From Macrostomum lignano (lineage: Eukaryota), in NCBI GenBank assembly GCA_002269645.1, contig NIVC01000905.1, forward strand, positions 186,001 through 250,000: a stretch of DNA of 64,000 bases. Direction: 5' to 3'. The position numbers and the translations under genes are program-made. Under the pieces are notes generated by a model that saw nothing but the letters and a program-made list of their open reading frames with translations, had not been told where the DNA came from and searched no databases. Of this stretch, positions 49,201-59,482 are shown piece by piece (within the stretch, counting starts at the first letter, position 1; the number at the start of each line of letters is the position of its first letter).

Positions 49201-52200
49201 TCCAGAGTGTCAGTTGCTGGTTCAGCCTCCAACCTCATCGATTCCAAACACGTGCCTGCCCCCCTCAGGTACGTAGCGGTGTCCACGTCGGACATTGACT
49301 TCCGCCGCATCGACTTTGACCCCTGCAAGAGAGGGGTGGAGTCGCCGGATCACACTTACCTGAGCGGCGTGGCCAGGTGTGGTTCAACCACTACGGTAAG
49401 TGCTATTGAGGATTAAGGATTAATGATAATCTATTGAGGATCAAGTATTAACGATATTCCCGATTCCAGTGCGAGCCCCTGCCCGGCTACGGTTTCCAAC
49501 GTGGCGGCTACATGTGCCACTGCCTGCCGGGCTTCCGCTACCCCTACTGGCAGAACGGCCCCTTCCTCGGCCGCAACATTGAGCAGGCCTCGGACGAGGA
49601 GGCCAAACGATTCGAGTGCATCCCGGTTAGATGGCGAATTCACCGGCTCACCCAGTCGGGCATTTCCAATTCCGGAACTGGCAAGCGGCGCCGGAAACGA
49701 TCAGCTGACGATGTGAAGCTGCTAGTACAGCTGATGCGGCTGTACAACGCCAGCAGCATGACGGAGCTCCGGGTTCGAGCTGAAGAGCACGACCGTCAGG
49801 ATCAGCAGGCGGCCGCTCAGGCTAAACTGCAACAAACTGGGGTCAGGCGATTTGTCCAACTGGCCAAGTCTGCCGTGTCCGCCGCAGTGAGCTATCTGAA
49901 GAATGCCACCGGCGGCTCATCCGCTGCCCGGAACTTCACGGCCAGTCCCAGCATTGTCAGCACTAAGCTGCTGCCGCGCCATCCGCTGCCCGAGGCCACT
50001 CAGCGCCTGTTAGACGAGCGCAAATCTCGAGTGAAGCGAAACATCGAAACTATTGCCGACTATGGCGAGCAGAATATCTATTACCTGGGCCGGCTGTCCA
50101 GCTTCTCCTCTGATCGGTACAACGCTGTGAAAGCTTTGATGAGGCAGTACGTATCTATCACGCCCGAGAACTGCGGCGCCCAGCCTCCGGATCGACTGGT
50201 GCTGCCCGGAGAAGTCGGCTTCGGTGCTGATAAACAGTTCGAGGTGCAGGCAAGAACTGCTCTGAGGTGAGTCTGGGTGTGCTGACTTAGAGGTTCTCGG
50301 CTGTTTAAGAACCATTCTTCCCAAGCCCTCCGATTCTTAAGGACCATTTTCCTAGGTCCTCGGATCGTTAAGGACCATTTTTCCTAGGTCCTCGGATCGT
50401 TAAGGACCATTTTTCCTAGGTCCTCGGATCGTTAAGGACCATTTTTCCTAGGTCCTCGGATCGTTAAGGACCATTTTTCCTAGGTCCTCAGATCGTTAAG
50501 GACCATTTTTCCTAGGTCCTCGGATCGTTAAGGACCATTTTTCCTAGGTCCTCGGATCGTTAAGGACCATTCTTCCTAGGTCCTCGGATCGTTAAGGACC
50601 ATTCTTCCTAGGTCCTCGGATCGTTAAGGACCATTCTTCCTAGGTCCTCGGATCGTTAAGGACCATTCTTCCTAGGTCCTCGGATCGTTAAGGACCATTC
50701 TTCCTAGGTCCTCGGATCGTTAAGGACCATTCTTCCTAGGTCCTCGGATCGTTAAGGACCATTCTTCCTAGGTCCTCGGATCGTTAAGGACCATTCTTCC
50801 TAGGTCCTTGGATCGTTAAGGACCATTCTTCCTAGGTCCTCGGATCGTTAAGGACCATTCTTCCTAGGTCCTCGGATCGTTAAGGACCATTCTTCCTAGG
50901 TCCTCGGATCGTTAAGGACCTTTCTCCCTAGGTTCTTAAGGGCCTTAGTTTTAAGAAATATTCTTCCCAGGTCCTCGGGTTCTTCAAGGACTATTCTTCT
51001 TAAGTCCTTAGACTCTAAAGACCATTCTTTTTGGTCTTTACCAAAGGGGTCTTGACTTTCTTCTATAATTGTATTTTTTTATTGATTTACCCCTTAATTG
51101 TCAGGTGATAAATCGCAGTTCCCCACCCTCCGCCATCACCGATCAGGTTGGCGCATTTCTTGAGCGCCTTCCAACAGAACGTGAATCCGGACGAAATCTA
51201 CGGCGGTGTCCATGGTGACAAATATCTGAACGAGCACCAGATCTATGGCGAGGTGTTCTCAAACATCATGGCGGATCACTGGATCTTGTCGTCTGGTGTC
51301 TATTACGATCGGGACGCATTTTTTAATCCGAAATTGCGCAACAAAGTTGAGTATTTTGGTCCCACGGCCTACAAGCTGGGTTCGGAGCAGCGGACGGATC
51401 AGAAACAGCGCGAGCTAAGCTTTGTTGCCGAGGACGCTGCAGGCTGGGAGGCAGCTCGGGCCTACTATGAGCGCGACTGGTTCAAGGTTAGTCTTAGAAT
51501 CCGTATTCCCAGATCCCATAATCCCTATTCCCAAATCTCATAATCCATATGCCCAGATTTCATAATTCCTATTCCCAGATCCCATAATCCGTATTCCCAG
51601 ATCACATAATCCCATTCCCAATTCCGATAATCCGTATTCCCAGATCCCATAATCCCTATTCCCAGATAGCATAATCCCTATTCCCAGATAGCATAATCCC
51701 TATTCCCAGATGCCATAATCCCTATGCCTAAATTTCACAATCCCTATTCCCAGATCCCAGTGTTCCAAATCCCATATTCCCAGATCCCATAATCCCGAAT
51801 CCCATGTTCCCAGATCCAAAAGTCCTAAATCCCATATTCCAAGATCTCATTATCTAGAATCCCATATTCCCAAATGTTATCCCAGATCCCATATGGCCAT
51901 ATTCCTAGGTATCATATTTACAGATCCCATAATACCAGATCCCATATTCCCAGATCCCATAATCCCAGATCCCATATTCCCAGATCCCATATTCCCAGAT
52001 CCCATATCTACATTCAAAGGCTTCACTATTCGCCTTTTGTCGTAATCCTTCATTCTTCATAATCTTCAATGGCTACTTCTTATATCCCATCGCCCTCCAG
52101 CTACTCAAAGAGCGCTGGGCCTCCAACACCTACGGTCTTGAGAAGTTTGTCACCAAGCCGTTCGTTCGCTTCGACCTGAACGGCACTTCGTCTAAGCCTT

Positions 52201-55104
52201 TCCAGCGATTCCCGATCTATTATCGAGCGCCCAGATACGAGGACATCTACTGGTCCAAGCCCTACTTTGACTGTAACAAGGACAAGGACCCCAACAAGCG
52301 TCACCTTAACGCCTGGGTCATAACCGTTGCCGTCCCATTTTTCGGCATATCGCCCTACAAATCCTTGGAATTCAGCGGTGTGGTGACCGTCACTGTTCCC
52401 CTGTCCAAGATGGACATCAACATGTGCCCGTCCAACTTCTACGAGGCTAATTACTTTAAGAACACTGCCCCGTGCCACTATGAAACTACTTATGTGAGTC
52501 TGGGGGCTGGGCTGGGGCTGGTTTCGAGATATATGGCTGCTAGACACTGTCATTGTTGGTGTTAGACACAGTGTGTAGCTGTTAGATACAATGAGTAATT
52601 GTTAGACACAAATTCAGTAGCTGTTAGACACGAGATCAGTGACTGTTAGACACGAGGTCAGTAGCTGTTAGACACGAGGTCAGTGACTGTTAGACACAGA
52701 GTCAGTAGCTGTTAGACACGAGGTCAGTGACTGTTAGACACGGAGTCAGTAGCTGTTAGACACGAGGTCAGTGACTGTTAGACACGAGGTCAGTAGCTGT
52801 TAGACACGAGGTCAGTGACTTTTAGACACAGAGTGACAGTTAGACACGGAGTCAGTAGCTGTTAGACACGAGGTCAGTGACTGTTAGACACGAGGTCAGT
52901 AGCTGTTAGACACGAGGTCAGTGACTGTTAGACACGAGGTCAGTGACTGTTAGACACGAGGTCTGTAGCTGTTAGACACGAGATCAGTGACTGTTAGACA
53001 CGAGGTCTGTAGCTGTTAGACACGAGATCAGTGACTGTTAGACACGAGGTCTGTAGCTGTTAGACACGAGATCAGTGACTGTTAGACACAGAGTGACTGT
53101 TAGACACGAGGTCAGTGACTGTTAGACACGAGGTCAGTGACTTTTAGACACAGAGTGACAGTTAGACACGAGGTCAGTAGCTGTTAGACACGAGGTCAGT
53201 GACTGTTAGACACGAGGTCTGTAGCTGTTAGACACGAGATCAGTGACTGTTAGACACAGAGTGACTGTTAGACACGAGGTCAGTGACTGTTAGACACAGA
53301 GTCAGTAGCTGTTAGACACAGAGTCAGTGGCTGTTAGACACGAGGTCAGTGACTGTTAGACACAGAGTCAGTAGCTGTTAGACACAGAGTCAGTAGCTGT
53401 TAGACACGAGGTCAGTGACTGTTAGACACAGAGTCAGTAGCTGTTAGACACGAGGTCAGTGGCTGTTAGACACGAGGTCAGTGACTGTTAGACACAGAGT
53501 CAGTAGCTGTTAGACACGAGGTCAGTGGCTGTTAGACACGAGGTCAGTGACTGTTAGACACAGAGTCAGTAGCTGTTAGACACGAGGTCAGTGGCTGTTA
53601 GACACGAGGTCAGTGACTGTTAGACACAGAGTCAGTAGCTGTTAGACACGAGGTCAGTGGCTGTTAGATACGAGGTCAGTGACTGTTAGACACAGAGTCA
53701 GTAGCTGTTAGACACGAGGTCAGTAGCTGTTAGACACGAGGTCAGTGACTGTTAGACACAGAGTCAGTAGCTGTTAGACACGAGGTCAGTGGCTGTTAGA
53801 TACGAGGTCAGTGACTGTTAGACACAGAGTCAGTAGCTGTTAGACACGAGGTCAGTAGCTGTTAGACACGAGGTCAGTGACTGTTAGACACAGAGTCAGT
53901 AGCTGTTAGACCCACTCAGTAACAGTTAAGTATGTTATATTTTACCTACAGTAAATGCTCAAACTAATACATAAATGCATGTACAACGCTACTTCTACCA
54001 AACTGACTCGAGTCCGCCCTTGGCACTGATGGAATCGTCACGGAAGCCAGTGCTGTGTGCTTCTTTTCTCTTTCTCAGGTAGAAGACGAACTTTGACGAT
54101 TTAATTGGTGCCAAAGGTGACCAGTTAGTAAGCATCGTTCCCGTTAGTCCCGTGTTCACCTTATCCTTAATTGACCTCGATTATATGTTTTCGCCTGACA
54201 CTCAAATCGGGGTTTAGCGTTTATCTTTCACACCCGCTAATTGGTTGCAATTTTTCAGTGCGTGCCGATTATTAATAATCGCTTTGCGTTGGACAGCTAC
54301 AAGTGCGAGTGCCGGCAGGGCTACGAATATCCGTTTAACGACGTGTCGATTTGGTTCCACGCCGGCGGTATGGTGTCGCAGAACTACGAGAAGATGGTTA
54401 ACAATGAGCAGAATTAGTGAGTTGGGTTTTCTGTCTGGCATTTTTGTCTAGATCGGTCGTGTAAATAGTCACGTGATTAGATCAGTGATTTAATAGCCAC
54501 GTGATTAGATCAGTGATTTCATAGTCTCGTGATTAGATCAGTGATTTAATAGTCACGTGATTAGATCAGTGATTTAATAGTCACGTGATTAGATCAGTGA
54601 TTTCATAGTCACGTGATTAGATCAGTGATGCATTAGTCACGTGATTAGATCAGTGATGCATTAGTCATGTGATTAGATCAGTGATGCATTAGTCACGTGA
54701 TTAGATCAGTGATGCATTAGTCACCTGATTAGATCAGTGATACAATAGTCACGTAATTAGATCAGTGATACAATAGTCACCTGATTAGATCAGTGATACA
54801 ATAGTCACGTAATTAGATCAGTGATACAATAGTCACCTGATTAGATCAGTGATACAATAGTCACGTAATTAGATCAGTGATACAATAGTCACCTGATTAG
54901 ATAATTGATATAATGATAGTCACATGATCAGTTTGTTGACAATAAACCACCCCACACCAGTATCAACCAGCACCTCAACTCTACCATTGCAGCTACCGGA
55001 TGCTGACCTGCCGTGAAGGCTCCGCTTCCAGCCTGCTGCCCACTCTGGCAGCCGTGGCCCTCGCCCTCGTCTCACCCTGGCTTACCGGTCAACTGACTTT
55101 TTAA
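46243..55104 (+). CDS. Secreted/GPI-type protein with two GPR158/179-like extracellular (Cache + EGF-like) modules and no 7TM domain, 961 aa
   Basis: Exons 46243-46940, 47459-47719, 49269-49395, 49470-50266, 51147-51486, 52101-52493, 54259-54416, 54993-55104 (TAA); phases consistent, 2886 nt. Signal peptide; module 1 SRPYFDCGRTNMW..IDFDPC..CEPLPGYGFQRGGYMCHCLPGF; module 2 ARTALRLAHFLSAF..WSKPYFDC..MDINMC..SYKCECRQGY; hydrophobic C-terminus GSASSLLPTLAAVALALVSPWLTGQLTF. Confidence 0.85.
47030..47300. repeat. 23-bp minisatellite (GGATTGAGCAGCTTCAGGATAAA)n
   Basis: Intron 46941-47458. Confidence 0.9.
47755..48425. repeat. GA-rich minisatellite
   Basis: GAGAGAGGCAGATAAGAGAGAGGGAGACAG-type units in intron 47720-49268. 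Confidence 0.9.
48866..49230. repeat. 28-bp minisatellite (AGATCCTCAGTTGCTGGGCCAGCCCCCC)n
   Basis: Same family as 12490-12950. Confidence 0.92.
50335..50925. repeat. 32-bp minisatellite (AAGGACCATTCTTCCTAGGTCCTCGGATCGTT)n
   Basis: ~18 head-to-tail units with internal AGGACC/GGTCCT inverted repeat; no spacers. Confidence 0.95.
51495..52010. repeat. Degenerate repeat (ATTCCCAGATCCCATAATCC)n
   Basis: Begins ~10 nt after donor 51487. Confidence 0.8.
52545..53910. repeat. 22-bp minisatellite (GTTAGACACGAGGTCAGTGACT)n
   Basis: ~60 units with alternating variants. Confidence 0.95.
54465..54915. repeat. 28-bp minisatellite (GTCACGTGATTAGATCAGTGATTTAATA)n
   Basis: Intron 54417-54992. Confidence 0.92.
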
Positions 55105-56464
55105 CATCTTTTTTTATCATTAAAGAAATTATTTATATAGTCTGCTTTTCGCGAACATTCGATCACCAATATATATCAAATACTACTGTTTAACTAGTAA
55201 GTAGCTCTACTTATAATTTTTGGACAATTTGTCAGCCGAATTGGTACTACTGAATATATTTAAGTAGAGTTCAAAACAAAATCATAGCTTTTTTAATTTC
55301 AAAAAAATGCGAGACGATATGTATCGAAAAGAACTTAACAAAGCGCAAATTGTCCAACGAAATTCAATACAACTTATCCAATTATAACTATATTGTACTT
55401 TGCTTTACTGAGTTTTAGCAGCTGCAAATCAACGGTTTTTATACGAAACAATTTTGCTGTCATGTAAAAGTACATTCCTTTTAAAAGTACGCCGGATTCT
55501 CTTCTTCACAGCTGACACTTGTACTCCACTATTATTTATTCTAAACACATTCCTATATTTGTCAGTTGTGTATACGTTTTTCAATTTGTAAACTTTTTTC
55601 TTTATTAACCTGTGTTTTTCCTATTTTGTCAACTACTTGGTACTTGTTGCCAATTTCTTCTATCTACAAAATCTTCATCAGTTTTACTGATCAATCATCT
55701 CCATGCAGCAGAAGTGCCTGCAGTAGTATCAAGCGCATGTATCGATTGTTTTTACGCAAGTCATTCCAAAAAAAATTTTGAATATCAAATATCAATATAC
55801 AGCTAAAATCTCAATTTGCATGTATTGAACAACATATCGGCACTGTGTGTGTTTTTCTGCTTAAATTTTTCAATCAATTTTGTCGTACTTTCCTCTCTGC
55901 GAGGGATTGGAGGAGATGTTCTTTTATCGATATTGGGTCCAGTAACTTGTAAATAGAAACTTCTGCTCTGCCTTGCTGATTGACACTTTTATTGCTTGCA
56001 CATTCCTAACTCATGTTTTGCCCCTACCCGTATCGCACTACTGCTATGAGTAGAAAAACTCTATAAGTAGTGCATATCGACTATTGAACGATTTTTATTA
56101 CTTGTCGTGTCTTTTTTAAAATGTTATCTTCGACTTCTAATACTGATACTACTAATAGTGGCACCATAACCCTAATTACATCTGTTTGTGTATCTTAAAG
56201 TTGTGAACAAAATGTTATGGCGGTATAAAAAATATACTCGTATATAAAATTGGAATTGTATTTCAGCAAGTGAATTTATGGTAAATTTGATAATAAAACT
56301 GGGAAAAGTGATTTAATTACAGCTGAATGTTATTCGTTTACTTACAAGTTGTTTTGTTATCTAAAAATTATTACATCATTCATATTTATATTAATCTTTC
56401 AAGTATCTCTTTTTTGTCCCTTTCAGTCCTTAGACGGTCTTTTCATGGAAATCTAGACTTTTCA

Positions 56465-56850
56465 CAGGTCTCTACAGGTTATGTTGACAGTCTCTACAGG
56501 TCTCTACAGGTTATGTTGACAGTCTCTACAGGTCTCTACAGGTTATGTTGACAGTCTCTAGAGGTCTCTACAAGTTCCAGTACAGCCTACAGGCTCCATT
56601 AGAGCCTCCATTATAGCCTCTATAGGCTCCATTACAGCCTTTACAGTCCCCATTACAGTCTCCATTGCAGCCTTTACAGTCTCCATTGCAGCCTTTACAG
56701 TCTCCATTGCAGCCTTTACAGTCTCCATTACAGGCTCCATTGCAGCCTTTACAGTCTCCATTACAGGCTCCATTGCAGCATTTAGTCTCCCTTACAGTCT
56801 CCATTACAGCATTTACAGTCTCCTTTACAGGCTCCATTACAGCCTCTATG
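56465..56850. repeat. Short 31-bp array followed by degenerate 21-bp array (TTACAGTCTCCATTGCAGCCT)
   Basis: Visible tandem units. Confidence 0.8.
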
Positions 56851-57349
56851 CTCAAGCTTCCTTTAAATCCGATCTTTCATGCTCCTTTATGTTCAGAAAA
56901 GAACAAAGATTATTTTGTGATTCATTTTACGTTTAAATAGCAATATATTACCCTTATTTATTTTCTTGGTGAATAACAACATGCGATAAGAATTATTAAC
57001 TGTGCGCTGTGGGTTAAACTTTTCGCGATTCAAAATAAATGAAGACACGTCTCTTTGAAGAAAGAGCCTCTCGTCTGATCTGTTGAACATAAAAGCGCAC
57101 ACAGATTTAGGCTAAAAATTTGAATGCTTCAAAATTTTTAAATTACATTTAAAGATAACAAAGCTGTTTTGATAAATAAATAACTTTTATACTGTACTGG
57201 GCAACATGTCTGAAAAATTTTTCATTAAATTTTGATAACTCACTATGACGAAATAGGATGGTAATTAATAATTTATCTTTTAAAATATGACGATGATCGT
57301 AGCTTAATATATATGGCCAAAGTTGACTGACATCTGGCGTGTCATCTGC

Positions 57350-59240
57350 TAGAGACAGGGGCACCTACCAAGAGACAGGGGCACCCACCAAGAGACAGAG
57401 GCACCCACCAAGAGACAGAGGCACCCACCAAGAGACAGGGGCGCCCACCAAGAGACAGGGGCGCCAACCAAGAGACAGGGGCGCCAATCAAGAGACAGGG
57501 GCGCCAATCAAGAGACAGGGGCGCCAACCAAGAGACAGGGGCACCCACCAAGAGACAGGGGCGCCCACCAAGAGACAAGGGCGCCCACCAAGAGACAGGG
57601 GCGCCCACCAAGAGACAAGGGCGCCCACCAAGAGACCGGGGCACCCACCAAGAGACAGGGGCGCCAATCAAGAGACAGGGGCGCCAACCAAGAGACAAGG
57701 GCGCCCACCAAGAGACAGGGGCACCCACCAAGAGACAGGGGCGCCAACCAAGAGACAGGGGCACCCACCAAGAGACAGGGGCACCCACCAAGAGACAGGG
57801 GCACCCACCAAGAGACAGGGGCGCCAACCAAGAGACAGGGGCGCCAATCAAGAGACAGGGGCGCCAATCAAGAGACAGGGGCGCCAACCAAGAGACAGGG
57901 CACCCACCAAGAGACAGGGGCGCCAACCAAGAGACAGGGGCACCCACCAAGAGACAGGGGCGCCCACCAAGAGACAAGGGCGCCCACCAAGAGACAGGGG
58001 CGCCCACCAAGAGACAAGGGCGCCCACCAAGAGACGGGGCACCCACCAAGAGACAGGGGCGCCAATCAAGAGACAGGGGCGCCAACCAAGAGACAGGGGC
58101 GCCCACCAAGAGACAAGGGCGCCCACCAAGAGACAGGGGCACCCACCAAGAGACAGGGGCGCCAACCAAGAGACAGGGGCACCCACCAAGAGACAGGGGC
58201 ACCCACCAAGAGACAGGGGCACCCACCAAGAGACAGGGGCGCCTACCAAGAGATAGGGGCGCCAATCAAGAGACAGGGGCGCCAATCAAGAGACAGGGGC
58301 GCCAACCAAGAGACAGGGCACCCACCAAGAGACAGGGGCGCCAACCAAGAGACAGGGGCACCCACCAAGAGACAGGGGCACCCACCAAGAGACAGGGGCA
58401 CCCACCAAGAGACAGGGGCGCCAACCAAGAGACAGGGGCGCCAATCAAGAGACAGGGGCGCCAATCAAGAGACAGGGGCGCCAACCAAGAGACAGGGCAC
58501 CCACCAAGAGACAGGGGCGCCCACCAAGAGACAAGGGCGCCCACCAAGAGACAGGGGCACCCAGCAAGAGACAGGGGCGCCAACCAAGAGACAGGGGCAC
58601 CCACCAAGAGACGGGGGCACCTACGAAGAGACAGGGGCACCCACCAAGAGACAGGGGCGCCAACCAAGAGACAGGGGCGCCCACCAAGAGACAAGGGCGC
58701 CCACCAAGAGACAGGGGCACCCACCAAGAGACAGGGGCACCCACCAAGAGACAGGGGCACCTACGAAGAGACAGGGGCACCCACCAAGAGACAGGGGCAC
58801 CCACCAAGAGACAGGGGCACCCACCAAGAGACAGGGGCACCCACCAAGAGACAGGGGCACCCACCAAGAGACAGGGGCACCCACCAAGAGACAGGGGCAC
58901 CCACCAAGAGACAGGGGCACCTACGAAGAGACAGGGGCACCCACCAAGAGACAGGGGCACCCACCAAGAGACGGGCGCCAACCAAGAGACAGGGGCACCA
59001 CCAAGAGACAGGAGCACCCACCAAGAGACAGGAGCACCTACCAAGAGACGGGCGCCAACCAAGAGACAGGGGCGCCAACCAAGAGACAGGGGCACCCACC
59101 AAGAGACAGGGGCACCTACCAAGAGACAGGGTCGCCAACCAAGAGACAGGGGCACCCACCAAGAGACAGGGGCACCTACCAAGAGACAGGGGCGCCAACC
59201 AAGAGACAGGGGTGCCCCCCAAGAGACACAGGCGCCCATT
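57350..59240. repeat. 20-bp minisatellite (GGGGCACCCACCAAGAGACA)n, ~1.9 kb
   Basis: ~95 tandem units, intergenic. Confidence 0.96.
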
Positions 59241-59482
59241 TTAGGGTTGCTTCATCCAATTAAAATCCCTAGCTGTCTTCGCCATGCACTGCTTCTATTC
59301 TGGTAAACGAATTGGCCTTGGCTCTTTCTTAACTCGTGCTTCAATCTCTTTGGAGTTGAACATGACAAGAACAGCTGACCTACTTGGCAAACTCGCGCTT
59401 GTCATCACCCAATGTTACTTGTGAGGAGTTAACAGATTGTAAAAATTCGACATAAAACCAAAAATGTTCTACACGCAGCTGG

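Noticed and set aside
49626-50040. Possible intron starting at CCG|GTTAGA that would remove the furin-flanked spacer
   Set aside because: The frame is open and coding-like throughout, and no tandem array or AT-rich stretch typical of introns in this window is present; kept as exon pending RNA-seq.
50335-50925. 32-bp repeats with an internal palindrome resembling a CRISPR array
   Set aside because: Units are head-to-tail with no unique spacers, inside a spliceosomal intron, and no cas genes are present. The same applies to the 28-, 31- and 42-bp arrays.
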